Below are positions 1-14,161 of a stretch of 64,000 nucleotides of DNA, one piece after another. The translations under genes and the position numbers were made by a program. The stretch is from positions 106,082,001 to 106,146,000 of the forward strand of contig OX597818.1 of assembly GCA_951406725.2 (NCBI GenBank), in the 5' to 3' direction. Numbering within the stretch: the first letter of the stretch is position 1; every line of letters begins with the position of its first letter. This stretch comes from Octopus vulgaris. Its lineage: Eukaryota. The notes beneath the pieces were generated by a model that ran no database searches, was not told the origin of the DNA, and saw only the letters and a list, made by a program, of their open reading frames with translations.

Positions 1-202
<202 letters not shown>

Positions 203-203
203 T

Positions 204-2710
204 CATCATCATCATCATCATCATTAACATCTATTTTTCCTTGTCGGCATGAGTTGGATGGTTCAACAGGAATCGGCAAGTCACACCAAACCTTGTTTTC
301 TGTTTTGGCATGGTTTCTATGGCTGGATACCATTCCTAGGCCAACCACTATATGTGTACTTTTTACATGCCACCAGCAGCAGTGAGATTACCAAGTAACT
401 TGCAAGGCAATACCCCTTAACTGAGGGATACTGTGGTATTGGAGGACAGAAAAAGAGGGTCCATGCATTCAAGGAGAAACAAGGCTGCTTCAGGTGAGAA
501 AGAAGTGGAGAGTGAGAGATGAAAGAGAGGAGATGGTGAAGATGTGATGAGGATGGGATGAGGTAGTGAGTGGGATCAGGTGAGTCGGTGAGTTCTCAAG
601 ATTGAGAAAAGAAAGAAATAGATGAAGAGGGAGATGAAGTGTGTGTGTGGGCACAGGTAGAGAGAAGGGGTACTGGGAAGGTATGTTGTGGGGAAGAGAA
701 TCGGTGGGGACATATTGTGTGTAGGTAGGTATGTGAGGGAGAATAGAGGGGAATGCAGCAGAAGGGGAGCATAGATGGGAGAGGTTTGTTGGGGGTGGTG
801 GTGATTGTGTGGAGGAAGGAGGGTCATGGACATAAAAGACATACCTTAATAGCCTTAATTTCAGTTAGCTGAACAGGTCTTTTTAATCACAGAAAATCAC
901 CAGCTATCTCAGTCCTTTGTCATCTCCTATATGAGGCTCAGTGTCTGAAGAATATTTCTTACCACTTCATTTTACATCTCCCTTGGTCACACTCTTCCAG
1001 ACATTCTTTCCACATTTAGAGATCAGCGCTTCTTTATGCAGCTGTCTTCATCCATATACATTATATGATTGTACCAGCTTAGTCTGCTTTCCTGCACACT
1101 ACAACTAATACCTTCTTATACCCAGTTTTTCTCTTGGGATATTTACACTTAGTCATACATGCACACTAGCATTGCACAATCAGCAGAACATGCTTCATTT
1201 CTTTGAAGCCTTCTTTCACATGTCCTTTGCCATCACAGCCCATGCTTCACTGCCATGTAGCATAGCTGTCCATTCACAAGCTTCATACAATTTGCCTTTC
1301 ACTCAGAGGAAAAGGCCATTTATTACTAACAAAGGTAATAGCTCTCTGCACTTATTATACTAGCAACTATGCTTTTAGAGCAACCACCTCTACTGCTAAT
1401 TTTGTTACCTAGGAAACGGACACTGTCAACTACCTATAGGATTACCCCTAGATATTTGAGGCAGTCTGTTTCCTGCACACTGTTAGTGTTCATTGTTTCT
1501 GCTCACCTGCCACACTCAAAGACTATTTTCTTTGCTAACCTTCCTGTGATTCTGCTGCACCTCTTGTGTGCACTGGGTACACTATATGGAAATGCTGCCT
1601 GCACCTCTTCTACATTCAAGCAAGACCATTTCCATGAAGGGATTAGTAATTTGTCTGCTTTCCTGCTTACTCATATTTTGGTCTTTGCTAAATTAACTCA
1701 ATTCCAGGCCTTGCTTCCATACCTGAAATTTCTTCTCTAATTCTAGCAGAGATTCAGCTATAAGAGATTCATTCGTGTAGAGGGCAACCAGTTTGCAATT
1801 CGTCCAAGGGCAACTAGTTTTCAATTTGTCTGTTATGACCTGGAGGACTATGATAAACAAGAGGGAGCTGAGAGCTAATTCTTGGTGAGCCCCCATCAGC
1901 ACACAAGTTGATTGCTATACTCATTGGTGACGTTCACCTTATTGACAGCATCTGAATACAGGACTTGGACACCAACAACTCATCTGCTCCAAGCTTCCAC
2001 AGTAACCACCAGATAAGGGAGTGAGAGACCCTGTCAAAGGCTTTCCTTATGTTAACAAAAGCCAAGTACAGTGGTTTACTTTTGGCTATATGCTTCTCCT
2101 GCTATTGCCTTACTTGAAAGATAACATCAATAATGCTTTCCCTGACACAAAATCAAACTGCATCTGATCTAGGTTTACTCACTTCCTAATTAGAAGAGCT
2201 ATGGTCCTTTCTGCAACTTCTATAACCTGGTCCAGTAATTGGATACCTCTGTAATCATGTTTGTCAAAGGCATCACCTTTATCTTTGTAGCAGTTAACCA
2301 TGTTACTAGCTGTTGGGTATGACCCCTTTCTGACCATATTCCACTCCACCAGATATTTTACTCATTTGAGTGGTAATTCCTGATGGACCAGGAGTTTTCC
2401 CTGTCTTCATATCCTTAATTGCTTTATCTACCATGCTACTATCAACTCGGATAGCTGGTCCCTCTGTTGAGTCCAAATTAGGAGGATTCTCCTTCCATGC
2501 ATTTTCCACATTTAACAGCCTTTCATTGGGGCATTTCCATACCTCTTTCTTTGTGGAATCACTAAGTGCAAGTGTACCATCATCCATCCAAACACACTTC
2601 TCTCTTACAATGTCATGATTTTCTCTGACACACTGTCCAGCAGTCTGGAACATCTCATTTTTCTGATCATCAAACCATGGAACATTGGCAACCTCTTTCC
2701 TTTCTGCTTC
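204..2710 (-). mobile_element. Old, degenerate RTE-clade LINE (3' tail, purine-rich spacer, RT region)
   Basis: (CAT)n tail at 204-225. Minus-strand peptides GPAIRVDSSMVDKAIKDMKTGKTPGPSGIT and HQELALSSLLFIIVLQ align by eye with the better-preserved copy at 7.4-9.3 kb. Many stops and frameshifts. Confidence 0.85.
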
Positions 2711-2715
2711 AAATG

Positions 2716-3016
2716 TGATTTTGATTTCACTTGCCTCAACAGGTCTTCGCAAGCAGAGTTTAGTGTCCAAGGAAGGAAAAGGTATGCATAAGCGGGCTGG
2801 TTACGCTCCTGGCATGGGCCACAGGCTATGGTCTCATTTGGCTTGCCAGGTCTTTGCAAGCACAGCATATTTCCAAAAGTCTCGGTTGCTAGTCATTTCC
2901 TCAGTGAGGCCTAATGTTCGAAGGTCGTGCTTCACCACTTCATCCCAGGTCTTCCTGGGTCTACCTCTTCCACAGGTTCCCTCAACCGCTAGGGTGTGGC
3001 ACTTTCTCACACAGCC
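2716..3016 (-). mobile_element. Younger RTE 3' fragment (end of ORF plus part of 3'UTR)
   Basis: Close match by eye to 7210-7517 (ttgcctcaacaggtcttcgcaagcagag...cttcctgggtctacctcttccacaggttcc). Confidence 0.9.
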
Positions 3017-3430
3017 ATGTGTATATATATAAATATATATTGGTATTTCTTAATTTCATCAGTTACACATGTTTCTGTGTTCAATAATCAATGATGGCAA
3101 AATATAGATGTGATTTACAAAGAGTATTTAATCACAACCCTGTTCAATGACATGCTTGGTATGATTAGATGCTCTTTGCAAATTGCATTTATAATTTGGC
3201 ATTGATTATTGAACATAGAATCATGTGTAATAGATAAAATAAAGAAATACCAAATTCACACTTCATGTTTTTCTTTCATAATACATATCCTCTTTGTATT
3301 ACATAATAGGGCTATGCTAATCACATGAATTCTCTTGAAACATATGGCAGAGTGAGTGCAACTTGAATGCTATTAATATCTGCAACCAGTATGGTGATTT
3401 TGTTGTGCACTTAGCACATCCATTTCCGCT

Positions 3431-3665
3431 TACACACACACACAAACACACACACACACACACTCACTCACACTCACACACTTACACACACATACATGCA
3501 TACATACATATAAATATATAACAGATATAGACAGACAGACAGACAGACATACAGACAGACGGACAGATAGACAGACAAACAGATAGATAGATAGATAGAC
3601 ATACATACATACATACATACATACATGCATGCATACATACATTCACAAATACATGCATACATACA
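3431..3665. repeat. Compound microsatellite (CA)n/(GACA)n/(GATA)n/(CATA)n
   Basis: Direct reading. Confidence 0.95.
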
Positions 3666-3899
3666 GGGCATCTGGCCATAAAACAGTCCTTCAGTATATA
3701 TTTATCTAACACATGCTAGCATGAAAAATAGGCATAAAGCAAACAAATGAATGAGTAAATACATTTATAAATGTACACCCTTGGTATATAATTATGGAAA
3801 ATAACATCATTTGCTTGCTTTTCAGTGACCAGACATATCCATAAATGGGTAGTCAGTTCTGTTGATAATGAAGGTTTATATCATAGTACTGTGTAATGG

Positions 3900-4110
3900 C
3901 TGCAAGCTAGCAGAATTGTTAGCATGCAGGGCGAAATACTTAGTGGAATTTCATCTGTCTTCAGATTCTGAGTTCAAATTCTGTCCCATTTCAACTTTGC
4001 ATTTCATCCTTTTCGGAGTTGATAAAATGAATACCAGTTGACTGGGGACAATGTAATCAACTTATACCCTCACCCAAATTCGCTTGCCTTGTACCAAAAT
4101 ATAAAGGTTA
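3900..4110 (+). mobile_element. tRNA-derived SINE with Meta-domain-like body
   Basis: B-box-like GAGTTCAAATT followed by caactttgcatttcatcc...gataaaatgaataccagttg. Related heads at ~12620, ~23730 and ~52345. Family assignment is from recall, not a search. Confidence 0.6.
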
Positions 4111-5448
4111 ATACCACAGTTCTGTGGCAAATTCCTAAAATTGATGCCCATCTTCTGTTCTGGCTTAAACAATTTCACCCCACTTGACCAGTTTTGAACC
4201 ATATTCAATAAACAACAAAACCCATATCTAATAAACAATAAAAGAATTAGATATTCCTTTTTGTTGTTGTCATCATTGTTGCCATCACCATCACCATCAT
4301 TATTGTCTTTGCAGTTGCCATTGCTAACAATGCTGCTGTCCTCATGGCCATTATTTACACCCCTATCCCTCACAGATCAATCCTACAAACAGGCCTATAA
4401 TAAAAACCAAACAGGCCTACAATAAAAAGCATTCTGGCTGTGATGACCCTAATATTTTAGGGGTGTGTCAAAAAGTACACAATCCATATATTTCTATTAA
4501 ATTATTTCTATTAAATTAGACTTTTATTATCAAATTTCAGAAGATTTTCATGCTTGTTCTAAGAAAATTCTGTTTCATACATGTTACTATTAAGAGGATA
4601 GCAAAGAAAAATTGAAAGTTATGGTTTAAATTCGATTATTGAAATCAAAGCTAAAATATCAATTTTAGGTGTTTGCTACAAAAACTTTTACATAGTTATT
4701 ACTGTGATTTATCTTGGAATCGCTACAGATCAATTAAAGTCCTGCTCTTCCTATAAAACTTAGAAATTCCTGACATGTTTCAAATTCACTTTGTTAAAAC
4801 TGAGTTTTAAATTTCTTGCTTGACTAACATTCACTGTACCATGTAAGTAAGAATAATATTGGGTCTGTCTGATTCTTTCCAATTTCTGATACTCTCTCTC
4901 TACTCAAGCTTTCACCATACTGCCTATGTTATGAAGATTACACTGGATGTACCCATTTTCAATCCTCTCTACTACCATCCCTGTTACTCTGTCTTTGAAA
5001 CTCATCACAAGGTATATGTTTGAGGGATTGCATTGAATCTATTTTTGTTTGTTATATCCTATCATAGCTCTTTCTGTGCTACCTATCAATACCCTGGGCC
5101 ACCTTTTATTGACATTACCTATTACTGTTTCCTTCCCTCTCTCCCCTCCCTTCTTCTCTCCCTCTCTCTCTCTCTTTCTTGCCCCTGTTACCCCCTAAAC
5201 CCCTCGCTCCCACTCCTTGCCCTTGCCCCTCACCCCTCATTCTTTTCTCCCTTTTCTCTCCTCAGCAAGCTTGTAACTGCATCACTGGTCCTCTTCTATT
5301 ACTCTCCTTCTACCACTCTCATACCAATCATTCTGTTTCTTCCATCATACTCTTACTCCATTCATCTTTAATTTTCATTTGTTGTTGCTGTCTCTTCCAT
5401 TCACCTTTTTGCATCACTCTCAAAAGTACTGGTGCTACAATAAAAATA

Positions 5449-5970
5449 CTGTAATATCTCATTTTATGAGGACCCACTTTATGAGACCCCAAGTTTATGA
5501 GTTTTATTTTTCGAGCACAAGGTCCAAATTTTGAACAAAGTGCAAAAGTTCCTACTACCTTAACGTGTTACTGAGAGATTTACAGAAAGTGAAAAAATAT
5601 TCCTTCTAAGCAAACAACTTTAGATCTGTTTTTTAAAAAGAAATCTACAAGTCCGTCTACCACTGCTTGTGAATCAGTGATCACATCTACAAGTGAGTCT
5701 AATGTGAGTGAAGGTGATTCAGAAAACGATTATAATAATAATTTGTTTTTATTTTAAATGATCTTTACATAAAATATTCATTACATTCTACTGTTGTTTT
5801 ATTGCCATTTATCTATGTGTATTATAAATTTTATAGGTGAAATATTTTTCTGGGAACAAATTATGATTTAATAACATTACTACTATGGGAAATTATTGCT
5901 CTGCTTCACAAGCTTTTACTTTGCAAGCAGTCTCTGGGAACAAATTAACTCATATATCAAGGCATTACTG
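5449..5970. mobile_element. Tigger/pogo-like non-autonomous DNA transposon
   Basis: TA dinucleotides at 5447-48 and 5971-72. Degenerate TIRs ctgtaatatctcattttatgag ... ctcatatatcaaggcattactg. Confidence 0.6.
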
Positions 5971-6254
5971 TATGCTTAATACATTCTGTAAAGTACTTGG
6001 CAAATGAATGGGGTTGAAAGAAGCATTTAGTGTTGCCGAAGAAATGATGATTTGTCTTGTGTTGGTATCACAATAAAATTCCCCCAAAATATTCTGTAAA
6101 AAGGTTGGTGTTTAGAAGGGCATCCAGTCATAGAAACCATGTCCAAAATAGAATGTGTGAGTGAGATGTGGCCCTCTGACATGTCTTCGAAGTCAGCATC
6201 TCTAAATAAGAACTGACTCATCCAATGCACAGCCATGATAAGTGGATGGAAAAT

Positions 6255-6444
6255 GGTGATGATGATGATGATGATGATGATGATGACGACGATGGTGATG
6301 GTGAATGATACTGAAGCAATAGTTTGAACATTGTCAAACAAAAAGCAAAGGATAAATAGGCTATCACCCACCCACACACAACATATGTGTGTGTGTGAGA
6401 GAGAGAGAGAGGGGGAAGAGGGAGAAAGAGAGAGTGAGAAAGAG

Positions 6445-6512
<68 letters not shown>
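6255..6512. repeat. (GAT)n RTE-type tail and (GA)n microsatellite
   Basis: Direct reading; 6100-6305 is an RTE-type 3' tail on the plus strand (gaagggcatccagtcatagaaaccatg). Confidence 0.85.
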
Positions 6513-6513
<1 letters not shown>

Positions 6514-7446
6514 ACAACCATCCAGCATAACTGAAATAAAAATAAAATTTGAGATTTGTTAGTTTTCAGTAAGAGGAAGAAATATTTGACACTTTGGTCA
6601 GAGACCAGCACTTACTCTGAAAATATTTGAATGGAATACCATTCTCTTGTTATATTTGTAATTTTGTTATTTTATCTCATGTCTATTTTAAACAACTGAG
6701 AGCTGAGGATAGCTATGTTAACTGCAAGCCAGAGTCCATAGTTCATATTGTAAGAAAGGCAGCATGTTTTATTATCTTTGACCTTTTTTTTTGAAAATTC
6801 TATAATATTGAACACTATGTTGATTATCTAACATCATCATCATCATTGTTTAACGTCTGCTTTCCATGCTAGCATGGGTTGGACGAATGACTGAGGGCTG
6901 GCATACCAGATGGCTGCACCAGGCCTCAGTCTTGATTTGGCAGAGTTTCTCGAATGGTGTCTTTTACATGCCACAGGCACGGAGGCCAGATAGCCACTCC
7001 GGCAACGATCACGATCTGATGGTGCTCTTAATACCCTACTAGCACGGCGCTCGAGTGCCAGTAAGGCAACGCTGGTAACGACCAGGCCCGATTGGTGCCT
7101 TTTAAGTGCCACTGGCATGGAAGCCGGTTAGCCACTCTGTCAATGATCACACTCGTATGGTGCTCTTTGCACCCCGCTAGCATGGACACCAGTCATCGAA
7201 TTTGATTTTGATTTTGATTTTTGAGTTCACTTGCCTCAACAGGTCTTCGCAAGCAGAGTTTTGATGTCCAAAGAAGGAAAAGGTACGCATAAGTGGGCTG
7301 GTAACGCCCCCAGCATAGGTCACAAGATTATGGTCTCATTTGGCTTTCCGGGTCTTCTCATGCATGGCATATTTCCAAAAGTCTCAGTCACTAATCATTT
7401 CCTTGGTGAGGCCCAAAGTTTGAAGGTCGTGCTTCACCACTTCAAC

Positions 7447-9180
7447 TCAGGTCTTCCTGGGTCTACCTCTTCCACAGGTTCCCTTAACTGCTAGGGTGTG
7501 GCACTTTTTCACACAGCTGTCCTCATCCATTCTCGCCACATGACCATACCAGCGCAGTTGTCTCTCTTGCACACCACATCTGATGCTTCTTAGGTCCAAC
7601 ATTTCTCTCAAGGTACTTACGCTCTGTCGAGTATGCACACTGACATTACACATCCATCAGATTATACTGGCTTCATTCATTGCGAGCTTACGCATGTCCT
7701 CAGCAGTCACAGCCCATGTTTCACTGCCATGTAGCATGGCTGTTTGTACACATGTGTCATACAGTCTACCTTTTACTTTGAGCAAGAGGCCCTTTGTCAC
7801 CAGCAGAAGTAAGAGCTTTCTGAACTTTGCCCAAGCTATTCTTATTCTAGCAGCTACACTTTCAGCGTACCCTCCCCCGCTACTGACTTGGTCACCTAGG
7901 TAATGGAAGCTATCAACTACTTCTAGTTTTCCTCCCTGGAATGTGGTGGAAGTTGTTCTCTGCGCATTGCCAGTGTTTATTGCTCTCAAGCATCTGCCAC
8001 ATACAAAAAACTATCTTCCCCATTAGCCTGCCTTTGATATTACTGCACCTCTTATGTGTCCATACCTTACACTGGGTACATCTTATAGAGTTTCTACCTA
8101 CACCTCTACTACAGATCGAACAAGGCCATCTACCTGAAGGGATTTGTGGTTTGCCTGCCTTCCTACTGATTAGGACTTTGGTTTTAGCTAGGTTGACTCT
8201 AAGGCCCTTCGATTCTAATCCTTGTTTCCACACCTGAAACGTCTCCTCTGGTTCTGATAGTGACTCAGTAATTAGAGCAAGGTCATCAGCATATAGAGGA
8301 GCTTCCAGGGGCATCCTGTCTTGAATTCCTCCATTACTGCCTGGAGGACTATGATAAATAGGAGGGGGCTGAGGACTGAACCTTGGTGGACCCCTACCAC
8401 TACCCTGAATTCTTCAGTGTACTCGTTGCCAACCCTCACCTTACTAACAGCGTCCTTGTACATGGCTCGCACAGCTCTCACTAACCATTCATCTACCCCT
8501 AGTTTCCTCATTGACCACCAGATAAGGGATCGGGGGACCCTGTCAAAGGCTTTCTCCATGTCAACGAAAGCCAGGTACAGGGGCTTATCTTTGGCTAGGT
8601 ATTTCTCCTGCAGCTGGCTTACCAGAAATATGGCATCAGTGGTGCTTTTCCCTGACACGAAACCAAACTGCATCTCATCCAAGCTGACTCTCTCCCTAAC
8701 TAGTTGGGCTATCACCCTCTCCGTAACCTTCATTACCTGATCCAACAGCTTGATACTTCTGTAATTATTTGTATCTAAAGCATCACCTTTATCTTTGTAG
8801 CAGTTGACTATTATGCTGCTACACCAGTCATTGGGTATGACTCCTTCATGTATTACCTGGTTAACTATACGGGTGACTTGGCTATAGCTGACACTACCAG
8901 ATATTTTGAGCATCTCTGCAGTAATTCCTGATGGGCCTGGGGCTTTCCCTGTCTTCATACTTCTAATTGCCTTATCTACAAAGGTACTGTCAACTCGGAT
9001 AGCTGGTCCCTCTGTTGGGTCGACATTCAGCAGACTCTCTTTCTCCCATTCATTTTCTTTATTCAGCAACCTTTCATAGTGGCTTCTCCAAACCTCTCTC
9101 TTTGCATCCTCATTTAGCGCAAGTAAACCATCATCCATGCGAACAAATTTCTCTCCCACCACATCACGATTCTCTCTCAC
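7447..9180 (-). pseudogene. RTE reverse transcriptase plus C-terminal region, frameshifted into four pieces
   Basis: KAPGPSG, NYRSIKLL, QFGF, STTDAIF, FVDMEKAFDRVPR, GVHQGSVLSPLLF, YADD, SFHYLG, LHGSETW, LRWYGHVARM, RGRPRKT. Confidence 0.95.
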
Positions 9181-9690
9181 ACACTGTCTTGCAACACGAA
9201 ATACCTCAAGTCTTTCGTCCTCATGGCGCAGAACATTGGCAAATTTTTTCTTATCTGCTTCCCCTCTGGCTAAATAAACCTGCCTCCTAGCTTCCCTTCT
9301 GGCAGTCTGATTTACTTCCCTGCTACCACTGTTCTACCAGACCTTCCAAGCCTGTTTTTTTTGTCTAATAGCCCTATCAACAACATTGTTCCTCCACCAC
9401 GTTATTGCTCCATCCACAGATCTGGTCAGTGGCTGTCAGCAGGTTGTCCCGTAGGAACCTCCAGTTGTCTTCTGTACCATGTGAAGCTATATCCCCTTCT
9501 ATTTCGTCAAAGGCTTTGTGTAATATGTCTCTAAATCTCTGTCCATATGCGGGATCTTTAAGTCTCCAGACTCTTCTTCTCCTTGCTGGTCGTCTTCTGG
9601 GCATCCATTTAGCCCTTACCCAGTAGTCTATATTGTGGGGTACCAGTCTATATTGAGGGGTACATTCTTCGCCTGGGAAGGTTTTGGCAT

Positions 9691-10434
9691 TTATAAGCAG
9701 CCATCTTTTCCTTTTTCTGGTGAGGATGTAGTCAATCTGATTAGTGTGTCTGCCCGAGTGGCAGGTTTTCTGAAGTTAGTATTGCAAACCATAAGATCAT
9801 TTGCGTCACAGAACTCCAGCAGCCTGGTTCCCTCTTCATTGCAAGAGCCCAAACCATAACCTCCATGTATGCCATGGAAGCCCCCGACATGTTGTCCAGC
9901 ATGTCCATTGAAGTCACCAGCCACAAAGAGAAGGTCCCTGTCATTCGTCAACACGGTAGTCTGCAAGAAGGTGTCATAGAATCGGTCTTTCTGTCCATTG
10001 GGTAGCCCTGGCTGAGGGGCATAGGCCGAGATAATGGTTGCTAACCCATGGTGGGGCATTAATCTAATCTTAAGTATTCTGTCGCATACTCTGACTACCT
10101 CAATTACATTATCTATCCATTTCTCCGCAAGAAGTATACCCACACCCCCAACCCCGTCAGTGTTCCCTGCCCAGAAAATCTTGTACCTGTGTTCTTTGCT
10201 TGTGGGGAACCTAGCAGAACTTCCTCTCCACCTAACTTCTTGGATGCAGCACATATCAACACATCTCCGTTCAAGCATCTCAACAATCTCACCAGACCTA
10301 CCTTTCAGTGTGCCGACGTTGAGAGTGCCAACCCTGAGGGTGTGGGAGGTATGGGCCCTTGAGACCCTGGGACGGGGGACAGCGGCATCCTGTATGTGAA
10401 AAGAGAGCTCGCATTTGGCAGAATTCATAGACAA
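9691..10434 (-). pseudogene. RTE apurinic-like endonuclease (APE) domain
   Basis: Motifs GTLNVGTL, CCIQEVRW, GVGILL, ISAYAP, AGDFNGH, NEEGTRLLEFC. Confidence 0.95.
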
Positions 10435-10684
10435 ACAACAATAGTCTTAAGTTCAACCCGCGTACACTACACTATCATATTTTGCACCGTATGATTACTA
10501 CCTTATATAGTAGGGGGTGGGGGTGGTGTAAAGCCTTTAGAAGTGTTCATGGGAGACAACCAAGGATGACAAAATAGGGAATTCCGGTACAGGTGGACGG
10601 AGTGGGAGGGCGTATTAATTTTGGAGGCAGTTTTTAAGGTTTGGTAAAGACTGTGTGAGAGGTTTAGAGCAACTCAATTTTTTA

Positions 10685-11045
10685 TCGTTTCTTTTACTTG
10701 TTTCAGTCATTAAACTGCGATCATGCTGGGGCACTGCCTTGAAGAATATTTAGTCAAATGAATCGACCCCAGTATTCATTTTTTTTAAAGCCTGATATTT
10801 AATCTATTGTTCTCTTTTTGCCAAACAGGTAAGTTATGGGGATATGAACACACCAACACCGGTTGTCAGGTAGTGATGAGGGACATACACACACACACAT
10901 ATACGATGGGCTTCTTTCAGTTTCTGTCTACCAAATCCACTCACAAGGCTTTGGTCACAAGACTGTGGTAGAAGACATTTGCCCAAGGTGCCACTCATGG
11001 GACTGTAGAAGCAAACTTCTTATCACACAGCCATGCCTCCACCTA
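10685..11045 (-). mobile_element. tRNA-derived CORE-type SINE (octopus OR-like)
   Basis: Reverse complement of the SINE at 19791-20200 (ctaccaaatccactcacaaggc, agacatttgcccaagg). Confidence 0.8.
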
Positions 11046-14000
11046 TGAGCAAGGTTTGCACTTATGAGCCATCCTGGCGCTTATCATGTGAAAACTTAAA
11101 ATGAAAAATTGCCACAGCTGTTACAGTGTTAAGTAGATTGCATTCATAGAATTTGTTCCAACTGTATGCTCTCTAAGTTCAAATCCCATTAAGGTCAACA
11201 TTTATCAACCCCTCCTCCAAAGGGAGCATCATGGTGGTGGATTGGCAGAACTGTTAGAACATTGGAGGAGATGATTGTGGTATCTGTTCCAAGTCTTTGT
11301 GTTCTGACAGTAATACTTGCTATGACACTAGCACCTAGATTTATTGGCCTGAAGGGGATGGCTTTGTCTTTGGATAAGTGATGTGGAGAGGGGAGAGTTG
11401 GATGCATGGGCAGCAACCGGTCTTCTATGAAATAAAAAATAGAACAAAAAACAGGTGTAGATATATAGACAATGCTGGTTAATGGAAGCCTTAGAATTCA
11501 TCATCATCGTCATTGTCTTTGCTTTTATATACACTTTTCCATAATTGCGTGGGTCTGACGGAATTTGTTGAGGCAGATTTTCTACAGTTGGACACCCTTC
11601 CTATCACCAACCCACAGAATATTGAAAATAAAAGACACTGCTTATATGACGGTCACATTTGTTTACAACTCTCACACGAAGTCAAAGCAAGGAAAGGAGA
11701 CAGTAACACATGCACACAATCACACACACATACACGCACATATGCATGCACGCACACACACACACATGCACACATCCGTATTCTCTACCAAATCCAGTCG
11801 CAAGGCTTTGGTAAGTCTGAAGTTATAGCAGAAGACATTTGCCTAAGAAGCTACACAGTGAGACTAAACCTGAAACTATGAGGTTGGCAAGCAAATTTCT
11901 TACCAAACAACCACACCTACATGCCTGATGGTGCAATTCAGTTATAAAAAGTTATAAAAGTAAAAAAGTTATAAAAGTAAAAAGAAATAAAATTTGAATA
12001 TTTCATTGATAAAGATGACATTGATGACAACATTTAACTTTCAAAAGACCCTGTTCACCTAATTGCAAATGGATAAATACTACGTAAGCAGCAGACGTAT
12101 TGTGTGATTTTAACACTGGGAAATGCTTCTCAACTTGGTATTTCCCATGAGTGGCATATCCTACAAGAAAATCTGTGAGGATTGAAAAAGGGATCAGTTA
12201 AATTTCCATGTATAATAAAATTTAAATGATTTTTAGTTTTAAACATGTCTAGCACCACAGAGAAAAAAAAATTTAAGTTTCCCAACTATTTTGTCTTCTC
12301 ATTAATAAAAGAGAAAAGAGAACATATTTTTTGGTATTTGTCAGGTTAAATAGCACTGCATTATGCTAAAATATCCCTTTATTTTGATGGAAACAAAAGT
12401 CACATCATCTGATAGCATTAAATTTGTTTATCAAGGTTTTAAAATATCAATAATGAACTTGAATACCATGATTTCCTGATTTATAGTTGTAAATAACTTC
12501 CTTATTGGTGTTAATCAACACTTCTAAAACTTATCAAAAATTTTTGATTTATTTTACTAAATGTAGGATGACAATTACAGAGTGGCCTACCTCTGACTGA
12601 ACTGATTGTTCAATGCTTTTGATGACATATTAGAGCACAGAGCAAAATACCTTGCAGTATTTGTTCTGGCTCTTGTGCTCTGGGTTCAAATTTTGCCAAA
12701 GTTAACTTTGCCTTTTCGTCTATTTAAGAGTCAATAAAATACCAGTAAAGGACATTGGATTGACAGAAGTGTTATAATATTAGACTAAATACCTCATGAA
12801 TTTTGTTCTGAGTCTTTACATTCAGAGTTCTGAGTTAGTAGACTTTATCTGTTGCCCAGTTTAACACCACCACCTGACATCTTGTGTGCATTTAGCAGAG
12901 CCCACTTTGTTGCAGGAATTCAGGTCACATCTCTCTGGTTTGAGGGAAATATTCTCCTTTTCTACTACCAGTTTCAGAGGCCCTGAAAAATAAAGTCATT
13001 GGTTGTACCTTTCCCTTCCTGACTAAACAGAAAATAATTAAACAAAAACAAAACAAAAGTAGTATCTGATATTTATTAATCCGCTTAAAGTATATCATAT
13101 ATGTACATATGTACAATATAATGTTTATTGGATGACAATTAAAGAAAGAAAAGTAAAGAAGATGATTTTATTCAGCAGATACAGGTGCAAATTAGTAGAC
13201 TCCTAAAGCAGAGCATGATCAATCTTTATCAATCCACTTAAAAAAGTAAAGAGCAAACTATTTTTTTTACATGTGTGCAGATTAACCAACTTCAAAAACT
13301 GTTGAAGGGATAATAGTAATAATGGTCGTTATTCAATACACATGTTTGAACCTAGAAAAAAAATAACGAGGAGGACTATCTCACAAAACGTCTCAAAATT
13401 AGACCTTTTGGAGGTATATCTACAAATCCAAGTAGAAGAATGCTCATATTTATTAACCATCAATACATACCGTGGCTTTCTTTTCAATGTAAAAGTGGCT
13501 CCTTCCATATTTCAGCAAATAATGGATACAATGCTGGGTGACTGTGATTTTGCTATCACCTAAACATGTAGAACACGTTAAAAGGGTATTCGAAAAGATT
13601 AGCTAATACAGTTTCAAGTTAACAAGATAAATGTGAGTTCTTTATGAAAAAATTAAATACTTGGGCCAGATAATAGATAAAAATGGACAGAAACCAGATC
13701 CATCCAGAGCAACTGTGATAAAAAAATATGTCCATGCTGAATAATGTGACTATGCTACAAGCATTCTTGGGTTTAGTAAATTATTACCAAATTTACATTC
13801 CCAATATACATAATGTAAGGGCCCTACTCAGTGATCTGTTGAAGAAAAATACAAAATGGTGTTGAACTGGTAAGTGCCAGAAGGCATTAGATGAGTTAAA
13901 AAGTATTTTAACATTGGATTTATCATTAATGCATTTTGATTCAAAGATGGATATTATATTGGATACAGATGCAAGTGATTACGGTACAGGAGCTGTGACA

Positions 14001-14161
14001 ATGACAATGGGAGTAAAAAGGCTATAGCCCATGCGTCATGATCATTATTACCAGCTGAAAGGAACTATAGTCAGATAGTATGGTGTGAAAAAATCCCATA
14101 GATTTATTCATGGACGAAGGTTTTGTGCACAAACAGATCATTGCCCACTACTGTCAATATA

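Larger units (their letters stand above)
6832..10670 (-). mobile_element. Near-full-length RTE-clade LINE, single APE-RT ORF broken by frameshifts
   Basis: (CAT)n tail at 6832-6845, 3'UTR to ~7446, ORF pieces 10434-7447 covering endonuclease, RT and C-terminus. No TSD found. Confidence 0.95.
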
